Assembly: GCF_013337765.1 (NCBI RefSeq)
Contig: NZ_VBSB01000001.1
Location: 82,177 to 106,176 of the forward strand
DNA: 24,000 nt
Direction of reading: 5' to 3'
From: Mycolicibacterium sphagni
GTDB taxonomy: Bacteria; Actinomycetota; Actinomycetes; Mycobacteriales; Mycobacteriaceae
This document shows positions 17,700 through 24,000 of the stretch, in pieces. Under the pieces are notes generated by a model, which worked only from the letters and a program-made list of their open reading frames with translations, was not told where the DNA came from and made no database searches. Made by a program: the position numbers and the translations under genes. Positions within the stretch are counted from its first letter, which is position 1. Every line of letters starts with the position of its first letter.

Positions 17700-18575
17700 C
17701 CGCGATCGGGACCGGCTTTCTTGGCTGGCCCACGATGCCAACAGGGCCAGATTCTCAGCGGTCGGCCCGCCCGCGGGTGCGGTGTAGACATTCAACTGCA
17801 GGCCAGGGTCGGTGGGCAGATCCATGGACTCGAAATTCAAGTCGAGCCGGCCCACGACCGGATGGTTCACACGCTTGCTCCCGTATCCCTTCAGCCGGAC
17901 GTCCTGAGATGCCCACTGCTGTCGGAATAGCTCGCTGCACATTGATAATTCGTCCACCAAGGCGATGAGTTCCTCGTCGTGGGGATTACGGCCCAGTTCC
18001 ATACGCAACATCGCGGCCGCATTCCGGGCCACCAGGTCGTAGTCAACGAAGAACGTCTCGGCCTCGATGGGATTCAAGTACACGAACCGCACGGTGTTGG
18101 CGGGCCGTCGAGGGTCGGTAAGCACCGGTGAATACAACGCGCGTCCAAGGTGATTCACCGCGAGAACGTCATAGCACCCATTGCGGATCAACGCCGGCGC
18201 ACCGGTAATGGCATCGAGCATTTCCTGCAGCGCCGGGCGCACCGTCGCGGAAGTCTTGCGGTGTCGTCGACCGCTGGGCGCCCCGGACTGGCGTGCGAGA
18301 TGGAACAGGTGATCGCGCTCCGCTTCGTTGAGCTGCAAGGCGGACGATAGCGCGTCGAGCACGCCCTCTGAGGTGCCAGCCAGGCTGCCGCGCTCAATGC
18401 GCACGTAATACTCGACCGATACCCCAGCGAGTAGCGCAACCTCCTCTCGACGCAGACCCTTGACCCGACGATTCCCGCCGTAGGCGGGCAATCCAGCCAT
18501 CTCAGGCGCGATGCGGGCGCGACGCGACCTCAGAAACTCCCGGATTTCGGTGCGCAGGTCAAGCGTGGCGGCCAT
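17691..18575 (-). CDS. MmyB-like helix-turn-helix transcriptional regulator (XRE-type HTH plus PAS-like ligand-binding domain)
   Basis: 294 aa: LREFLRSRRARIAPEMAGLPAYGGNRRVKGLRREEVALLAGVSVEYYVRIERG. This is the signature N-terminus of the MmyB/MltR family, followed by a domain of about 170 aa. The stop overlaps the convergent Ddn-like gene by 9 nt. Confidence 0.8.
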   Translation of the reverse strand: MAATLDLRTEIREFLRSRRARIAPEMAGLPAYGGNRRVKGLRREEVALLAGVSVEYYVRIERGSLAGTSEGVLDALSSALQLNEAERDHLFHLARQSGAPSGRRHRKTSATVRPALQEMLDAITGAPALIRNGCYDVLAVNHLGRALYSPVLTDPRRPANTVRFVYLNPIEAETFFVDYDLVARNAAAMLRMELGRNPHDEELIALVDELSMCSELFRQQWASQDVRLKGYGSKRVNHPVVGRLDLNFESMDLPTDPGLQLNVYTAPAGGPTAENLALLASWASQESRSRSRLA

Positions 18576-18633
18576 TCACTCACCGTAGGCCCGCACCGCA
18601 GGCGAAGGGAGGTACCGCCAATACCCTGAAGCA

Positions 18634-19428
18634 TCACGCGGTCGTGGCGATCCCTCCGTCGACAGGGATGATGGTGCCCGTTAGGTAAGCTCCTGCCCGG
18701 CTGGCGAGGAACACGGCGACACCCGCCATGTCGTCGTCGCGGCCGATCCGGCGCAGCGGGGCCGACGCCGCGATCGCCTCGCCGAACTCATCGAGGGTCG
18801 CAGCCATCATCGTCGACGGAAACGGTCCCGGCGCCACCGCGTTCACCGTGATGTGCTGCGGGCCCAGCTCCTTGGCGAGCACCCTGGTGAGTTGATGCAG
18901 CGCAGCCTTACTGCTGGAGTACGAATAGTTGGGCCGCGCAGGGATGTGGATGGCGGCGATGCTGCCGATGTTGATGATCCGCGCGGGATCGTCGGCGGTC
19001 CCGGCGCTGCGAAGTGCAGGCAGCAGCGCCTGCACCAACCAAAACGGCGACTTCAGGTTGACGTCGATAACGGTGTCCCAGGCTGCGTCTGGGAATGTCG
19101 CCAACGGCTCGTCCCACATTGCACCCGCATTGTTGACGAGGATGTCGAGACTCCCCGAGTCGGCCGTGACGAGGTGAGCGAGGTGCTCACACTCTTCGTG
19201 CCGGGACAGGTCGGCGGGGACCGCCCAGACGTCGCCGAATTCGGACAGCTGTTCCTGCGCCTGAGCGCACGCTTCTGCGTTACGTGAGCTGATGACCACG
19301 CGGGCGCCCGCCTGGAGAAGCCCGCGCGCAATCATCATCCCGATGCCCCTGGTGCCGCCGGTGACGAGGGCCCGCTTACCAGTCAGGTCGAAACGTTCTG
19401 CATGCGTTGTGAACTGGCTGTCTACCAC
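18634..19428 (-). CDS. Short-chain dehydrogenase/reductase (classical SDR)
   Basis: 264 aa with TGGTRGIG cofactor motif, NNAG, catalytic S...YSSSK and a PG motif (APGPFPS). GTG start at 19428 with a GAGGAAGG Shine-Dalgarno about 7 nt upstream. Confidence 0.92.
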   Translation of the reverse strand: MVDSQFTTHAERFDLTGKRALVTGGTRGIGMMIARGLLQAGARVVISSRNAEACAQAQEQLSEFGDVWAVPADLSRHEECEHLAHLVTADSGSLDILVNNAGAMWDEPLATFPDAAWDTVIDVNLKSPFWLVQALLPALRSAGTADDPARIINIGSIAAIHIPARPNYSYSSSKAALHQLTRVLAKELGPQHITVNAVAPGPFPSTMMAATLDEFGEAIAASAPLRRIGRDDDMAGVAVFLASRAGAYLTGTIIPVDGGIATTA

Positions 19429-19593
19429 CTGTCACCTTCCTCATTGGTCGGACAAGACTGTCAGTTGATGGCGCCGTCTCTTCGTAACAAAGCTAGGCGG
19501 TGTTGCAGACGCCTAGGAGATCCCCGTAGTAGGGGTACTGCCAGACTCCCCCTTGTCCGGTTCGGTGACGTTGCCATCTCCGTTTGAGGACCG

Positions 19594-20091
19594 ATGGTCT
19601 GCCACACTGGGGCGATGGCACCTCAGCGCACCGTGCTTCGTGCGGCGACTTCTGACGATGACGCGTTCGTCGTCGAGATGGCCCGTCACGCCTGCGTCAT
19701 TGAAGATCGGCCTCTTCCCGACCCCGATGACGACGAAGTGCTGGAGATGCTGCCGCCTGCCGGGGTGGTGCCGATCATTGCCGAGGATCAAAGTGGCACA
19801 CCCGTCGGTGCGGTGTGGACCTATCACAGCACTCCGCCGTTGCGCTGTGATGCGGCGGGTGCGCCATTGCCCGAACTGTGCATCGCTGTTGCACCAGGGC
19901 GCCGCGGCGCCGGCATCGGTGGCATGCTGCTCGACGCACTGGTCGCCGATCTTGCCAGGCACTACGACACGATGTGCACCAACGTCCACGTGCGCAATCC
20001 CGCAAAGCGCCTGTACGAACGCAAGGGTTTTCGCGTTGTCGGCCAGGGTAATGGTCCGCTAGGGCTCGCGCTCGTCAAAGACCTTCGATGA
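19594..20091 (+). CDS. GNAT family N-acetyltransferase
   Basis: 165 aa with acetyl-CoA motif A (IAVAPGRRGAGIGGMLLDALV) and a C-terminal NPAKRLYERKGFRVVG. The start may instead be ATG 19615 (MAPQRTVLRAATSDDD). Confidence 0.8.
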   Translation: MVCHTGAMAPQRTVLRAATSDDDAFVVEMARHACVIEDRPLPDPDDDEVLEMLPPAGVVPIIAEDQSGTPVGAVWTYHSTPPLRCDAAGAPLPELCIAVAPGRRGAGIGGMLLDALVADLARHYDTMCTNVHVRNPAKRLYERKGFRVVGQGNGPLGLALVKDLR

Positions 20092-20103
20092 TTCCCAGAC
20101 TTC

Positions 20104-20123
20104 CTGGTCTGGAAGTAACTCAG
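20104..20123. repeat. Direct repeat, right copy: CTGGTCTGGAAGTAACTCAG
   Basis: Identical to 17258-17277. It contains a relic ...LVWK-TAA reading frame of the MPT63-like gene, and the TGA stop (complement of 20120-20122) of the minus-strand LLM monooxygenase. Confidence 0.95.
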
Positions 20124-21439
20124 TACTCTTGCAGGCTTTCTCGCAGAGTGGTACCGGGATAGCGGGTGCGGAAGCGGCCGCGCCGCTGCAACTCCGGCAC
20201 CAACAGCTCGGTCATATCGTTGAAGCAGCCCGGCGTGTCAGTGGCCAGCATCATGAAGCCGTTGCAGCCGCCCTCGTCGAGGTACTGCTCCATCTGGTCG
20301 GCGACGTCGGAGGGCGTACCGACGGCCACGGGTGCGCCCATCGAGACGCCGTAGATCTGCGCGGCTTCGCGTACGGTCACCGGGGCGCCGTCCTTGGCCT
20401 CCAGGATCGCGTCGAACAGCCCGCGGATGCCCTGCACGTCGGCGTCGACCACATTGTCGTCGAGGCCGAGGGTGGAGAAGTCGAAACCGGTGTGGCCGGA
20501 CAGGATTCCGAGCGCACTCTCGATCTGCACCTTCTCCACGAACTCGGCGTAGCGGTCGTTGGCGCGGCCCTTGTCCCGGTCGATGATCGTCTGCAGGCCG
20601 TAGATCAGCTTCACCGACTCCGGATCGCGGCCGGCATCGCTGGCGCGGGTGCGGATGTCATCGGCATAGGCCCGCATGCTCTTGGGCGTCGGGAAGATGC
20701 CGAACACGGATTCGGCGTGTTTGGCGGCGAATTCGCGGCCCTGGTCAGAGGATCCGGCCTGCCACAGCACCGGCCGCTTCTGCGGGGAGGGGGCGACGAA
20801 GTGACGGCCCTTGGACTTGAAGAACTCGCCCTGGAAGTCGACCTCCCGCACCTTGGTCGGGTCGGCGAAGATGCCGTTCTCCCGGTCGTAGACGATCGCG
20901 TCGTCGTCCCACGAATCCCACAGCTGATACAGCAGCTGCATGTACTCCTCGACCACCTCGTAGCGCTTGTCGCGCGGCGTGAGGTTCTCCTTGCCCATCG
21001 CCTGGAACTCGCTCTTGGAGTACGACGTGACGATGTTCCAGCCGACGCGACCGCCGGTCAGGTGATCCAGCGTCGAGAGCTGGCGGGCCATCATGTACGG
21101 CGGCACAAAGGAAGTCGACAGGGTGATGCCGATGCCGAGGTTCTTGGTGAAGGCGCCGACGATCGGCACCACGCTAGCGGGCTCGTGCACCGGACACTGA
21201 CCCGCGAACTTCACCACCGGATCCGAGTTGCCCTTGTAGGTGGTGTAGGGCGCCAGTTCGTCCGCGATGAACATCGCGTCGAAAAGGCCACGCTCCATGG
21301 TTCTTCCGAGATCGCGCCAGTACTCCGGCCGGGACCAGTGGTAGCCGACCTTGTCGCGAGGATGCGCCCACATGGTCGAGGCGTGATTCATCACGCCGTG
21401 CTGGACGAAACCCAGCAGGTGCGCCTTCTTCTTGATCAC
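20120..21439 (-). CDS. LLM-class flavin-dependent monooxygenase, NtaA/SnaA/DszA/SoxA subfamily
   Basis: The track ORF extends to 21604. I call GTG 21439 (VIKKKAHLLGFVQHGVMNHASTMWAHPRD...), giving 439 aa. That start overlaps the stop of the upstream small ORF (GTGA). The N-terminus (HLxxF...G....W.HP), the length and the C-terminus (ELQRRGRFRTRYPGTTLRESL) are typical of this subfamily. Confidence 0.88.
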   Translation of the reverse strand: MIKKKAHLLGFVQHGVMNHASTMWAHPRDKVGYHWSRPEYWRDLGRTMERGLFDAMFIADELAPYTTYKGNSDPVVKFAGQCPVHEPASVVPIVGAFTKNLGIGITLSTSFVPPYMMARQLSTLDHLTGGRVGWNIVTSYSKSEFQAMGKENLTPRDKRYEVVEEYMQLLYQLWDSWDDDAIVYDRENGIFADPTKVREVDFQGEFFKSKGRHFVAPSPQKRPVLWQAGSSDQGREFAAKHAESVFGIFPTPKSMRAYADDIRTRASDAGRDPESVKLIYGLQTIIDRDKGRANDRYAEFVEKVQIESALGILSGHTGFDFSTLGLDDNVVDADVQGIRGLFDAILEAKDGAPVTVREAAQIYGVSMGAPVAVGTPSDVADQMEQYLDEGGCNGFMMLATDTPGCFNDMTELLVPELQRRGRFRTRYPGTTLRESLQEY

Positions 21440-21777
21440 GCGGCAGTCCCGGCGCGATCGCCGCGCAACTCGAGGACAAAGGCCACGATCACCGCTGACG
21501 CGGTCCCGAGGCCGCTGAACGCAAGGACGTACCAGAAGACCCCGCTGTAGGACGCGATGACCAACAGGACGAACGACGTCAGTACCGCCAGCGACGCCTT
21601 CCACGTGAAGCCAGGAACCAGCGCGATCTGTTCAGCGTCGATTTCTTCGGCGAACGCGTCGATTCCCGTGCCAGCGGCCAGCTCTCGCCGGATCCGGAGG
21701 AAGCTCAGCGTGCCGACGACCAGGTAGATGACGGCGAGCACCAAGCCGATGCCCGCGCCGAGGTAAAAGAGGGTCAC
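21436..21777 (-). CDS. Small hydrophobic membrane protein, possible accessory subunit of the adjacent symporter
   Basis: 113 aa with hydrophobic segments (LFYLGAGIGLVLAVIYLVVGTLSFL, ASLAVLTSFVLLVIASYSGVFWYVLAF, GLGTASAVIVAFVL). It has a GTG start and is wedged between the SSS transporter and the LLM gene, with a 4-nt stop/start overlap. I recognise no family. Confidence 0.55.
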   Translation of the reverse strand: MTLFYLGAGIGLVLAVIYLVVGTLSFLRIRRELAAGTGIDAFAEEIDAEQIALVPGFTWKASLAVLTSFVLLVIASYSGVFWYVLAFSGLGTASAVIVAFVLELRGDRAGTAA

Positions 21778-21804
21778 TAGAGTGCCTTTCGAGGGTCTCG
21801 GGTG

Positions 21805-23340
21805 TTACTGCTGTCCGGCGGGGACGGCGTCGGTCTCCTCCACGGCCGCAGCCGGGGTGTCGCGTTCGAGCAGCGCCGCCTTCCCTTCGGCGAGGCTGTC
21901 GAAGTCGAATCGGGTGTTGGCGCGCAGGCTCACCACGACCGAGACGATCGCCGACGCGGCGATCAGACCGATGATCCCGAAGAGTGGTCCGTAGGTGGGC
22001 CCGAGCGTCTCCCGCAGCGGTCCACCGACCGCGATACCCGCGAGCACACCCGCGACGTAGCCGGTCCCGGTCATGCGGGACCAGAAGATGGACAGGGTCA
22101 CCGGGATGAGCAGGCTGGTGCCGTAGAAGTACACCGTCGTCACCAGATTCACGTAATCGATCCCGGTCAACACCACACCCCCCGCGATCGCAGCGGCGAC
22201 GATCATGCTGCCTTTGGTGATGGTGAGCAGCTTGCGCTCGGACACCTTCGGCCAATACCGGTGCACGATGTCGACCGCCACCAACGAGGTGACACCGGAC
22301 AGGGCCCCGTCGATCGCCGCGAAGCACGCATTGACGACCACCAGCGTGTAGAGGGCGACGATGAACACCGGCAGACCGAGGCTGGCGATGACGTGCGGGC
22401 CGATCGCCCCTGCGCCCAGCGAGCCCAACTGCTCAGGCGTCACGCCGTAGGCGACACCGATGAAGCCGAGCAGGCCGAGTGCCAGCGGAATGGGGTAGAA
22501 CCACACGCCTGCCCACAGGAAGCTGCGGCCGAGATCCTTGGGCCTGATCGCCCAAACACGCTGCCAGAACGACTGATCGGCGATGACGTTGGTCAGCAGC
22601 CCGAGCGCCAAGGCGAGACCGAAGCTCGCGGCGGTCACCGGATTGAAGGGGTTCAAGTGCTGGTCACCGAGTGCGTCAACCTTGGTGAAGATGAGCTCGG
22701 CGCCGCCGGCCTTGGCAAGTGCGAAGAGCACCACAACAGACGACCCGACGCCGAGCAGCAGCGTGTTCAACGTGCCCGTGACCGCGGACGTCGTCAACCC
22801 ACCGAAATACGAGTAGACGGTGACCACGACGATGCCGGTGATGACGATGCCCACCGGGGTGAGTCCGAAGATCTTGTTCATGACGAGCACCAGCCCGGCA
22901 AGGTTGATCATGATGACGCCCAGCAGCGCGCCGATCAGGAAGATCAGCGTCGCCACACTGCTGATCGTGTTCTGGAACCGTGCGCGGATGAACTCGGCGA
23001 GCGTGTAGCCGGACGGCATCTTCTGTCGGAGCTTCAACGCGAACGGTACCATGATGATCACGGCGAGCCCGTTGGGCACGATGAACCAGACCAGGCCCGA
23101 GGTGCCCCAGGTATAGGCCTGAGCGGATGACAGCATCACCGCCATCGACCACGTCCACACCGAGATGAGCGACGCCACCCCGAACCCGAAGCCGAGCAGC
23201 CGGCCGGAGATCACGAAGTTGTGTGTCGTCTTGACGGCGCCCTTCACGGCGAGGGCGATGAGCAACAGGACGATGCCTGGACCGAACAGCAGCGTGTAGC
23301 CCAAAGCGCCCGACTGCTGGATGAATTCGAGGTGCGGCAC
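21805..23340 (-). CDS. Sodium:solute symporter (SSS) family transporter
   Basis: 511 aa, polytopic (12 or more hydrophobic segments). The N-terminal region (FVISGRLLGFGFGVASLISVWTWSMAVMLSSAQAYTWGTSGLVWFIVPNGLAV) resembles the SSS signature region. GTG start at 23340 with an AAGGAGA Shine-Dalgarno 6 nt upstream. Substrate unknown. Confidence 0.8.
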   Translation of the reverse strand: MPHLEFIQQSGALGYTLLFGPGIVLLLIALAVKGAVKTTHNFVISGRLLGFGFGVASLISVWTWSMAVMLSSAQAYTWGTSGLVWFIVPNGLAVIIMVPFALKLRQKMPSGYTLAEFIRARFQNTISSVATLIFLIGALLGVIMINLAGLVLVMNKIFGLTPVGIVITGIVVVTVYSYFGGLTTSAVTGTLNTLLLGVGSSVVVLFALAKAGGAELIFTKVDALGDQHLNPFNPVTAASFGLALALGLLTNVIADQSFWQRVWAIRPKDLGRSFLWAGVWFYPIPLALGLLGFIGVAYGVTPEQLGSLGAGAIGPHVIASLGLPVFIVALYTLVVVNACFAAIDGALSGVTSLVAVDIVHRYWPKVSERKLLTITKGSMIVAAAIAGGVVLTGIDYVNLVTTVYFYGTSLLIPVTLSIFWSRMTGTGYVAGVLAGIAVGGPLRETLGPTYGPLFGIIGLIAASAIVSVVVSLRANTRFDFDSLAEGKAALLERDTPAAAVEETDAVPAGQQ

Positions 23341-23376
23341 GGCCGGTCTCCTTGTGTGGGTGATGAATTGGTGAAG

Positions 23377-24000
23377 CTACTGGCTTGCAGCGGGTTTCCA
23401 ACCGAGTTCCGGTGCGATCTCCTCGGCGAAGATTCGCAACCGATCGACGTTGAGATCCGCTCCGGCAGTGCCTGTCCTGACGGACGGGAACAACCCGGTG
23501 GTCGGGAAGAAATCGGTGACGAACCCCAGCAATGCGGGATCCTCCCGAAGCTGCCGAACGATGTCCTGTGTAGTGCCGGTTCGCGTGACCTCGCGCAGAT
23601 ACTCCTTCGGCGACAGCGCCCCCAACTGCGGGAAGCGGGCGTCCAGAGTCCGTTGTGTGGATGCCACGTGCGGTGCCAGTTCGTCCGCTATCGCGTCGGC
23701 ACTCTCACCGTGAAAGGTGAAGCGCTGTGCGCCCACCCGCGCCTCTTCGAGATTCCCGTGGAGTGACAGCCATTCTTCGAGGTAGCCGACGATGAACCGC
23801 AGCTGATGGAAGATGACGTGGTCGTGGAACGCGCCGATCATGAGCCCGTTGCCATTTCGGGCGATCAACCGAGCTCTGTCCTCGCTGCTGGCAGTCTGCC
23901 ACAGCCTGCCCCGCAGGCTCGTCACGCTGGGGAAGAGCCGCTTCGGCTCCAGATCCGCTGACGCCTGTTGGCCTGCAACCGAATCGGAGGAGGAAAGCCG
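23377..24000 (-). CDS. LLM-class (luciferase-like) flavin/F420-dependent oxidoreductase, C-terminal part (gene continues past the right window edge)
   Basis: The track starts it at 23925, but the frame stays open to nt 24000 (my translation RLSSSDSVAGQQASADLEPKRLFPSVTSLRG...). The C-terminal region (ARLIARNGNGLMIGAF...LGALSPKEYLREV...VDRLRIFAEEIAPELGW) looks like LLM family tails. The stop lies 36 nt upstream of the SSS start. Confidence 0.55.
   Translation of the reverse strand, partial: RLSSSDSVAGQQASADLEPKRLFPSVTSLRGRLWQTASSEDRARLIARNGNGLMIGAFHDHVIFHQLRFIVGYLEEWLSLHGNLEEARVGAQRFTFHGESADAIADELAPHVASTQRTLDARFPQLGALSPKEYLREVTRTGTTQDIVRQLREDPALLGFVTDFFPTTGLFPSVRTGTAGADLNVDRLRIFAEEIAPELGWKPAASQ

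Noticed and set aside
19448-19560. Inverted 8-mer CGGACAAG / CTTGTCCG about 100 nt apart in the SDR-GNAT intergenic region, considered as paired operator sites.
   Set aside because: A single 8-nt inverted match within 165 bp is close to chance expectation, and I saw no supporting symmetry.
17278-20103. The cassette interior, searched for a transposase, integrase, terminal inverted repeats or a tRNA attachment site.
   Set aside because: All coding capacity is accounted for by four metabolic or regulatory genes. The ends (GCGCAGCTGAAACC... and ...TTCCCAGACTTC) are not inverted repeats, and no tRNA is nearby. It cannot be called an IS, transposon or integrative element from this window alone.
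20129-23130. 473-aa and 442-aa plus-strand ORFs and the 231-aa minus ORF (21632-22327) in the LLM/SSS region.
   Set aside because: They are antisense or off-frame to the LLM monooxygenase and the polytopic SSS transporter, with charged low-complexity sequence and no motifs.
1-24000. Whole-window scan for CRISPR arrays, rRNA/tRNA genes, prophage or defence-system hallmarks.
   Set aside because: I saw no spaced identical repeats, no tRNA cloverleaf candidates, and no nuclease, helicase, methylase or phage-like ORFs by eye. The only repeats are the PGRS-type coding repeats and the 20-bp direct repeat pair.

Overview
High-GC actinobacterial chromosome, with Mycobacteriaceae-type gene content and order. 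As I recall the M. tuberculosis map, it is syntenic with the Rv3339c-Rv3360 neighbourhood: icd, metC/metA/Rv3342, Rv3355c, folD, Rv3359. The left half is mostly core metabolism: a partial MFS transporter, xthA, an alpha/beta hydrolase, monomeric icd, a SAM-IV riboswitch leading metY-metX-methyltransferase, a TetR plus FAD-monooxygenase pair, folD with a small membrane protein, and an Old-Yellow-Enzyme-like oxidoreductase. The middle holds the most unusual material, three tightly packed same-strand genes: (1) an FHA-FHA-ABC exporter of Rv1747 architecture, (2) a PGRS-type polyglycine-repeat protein with a signal peptide where a PE domain would be expected, and (3) an MPT63-family secreted protein. 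Next comes a 2.85 kb four-gene cassette (Ddn-like F420 oxidoreductase, MmyB-like regulator, SDR, GNAT). It is bracketed by a perfect 20-bp direct repeat that duplicates the stop codons of two formerly abutting convergent genes. The right end is a minus-strand operon: partial LLM oxidoreductase, sodium:solute symporter, small membrane protein, NtaA/DszA-type LLM monooxygenase. I found no rRNA, tRNA, CRISPR array, transposase or integrase. Many long ORFs in the supplied track are antisense or off-frame shadows typical of high-GC DNA. All family calls rest on motif recognition by eye; no searches were run.
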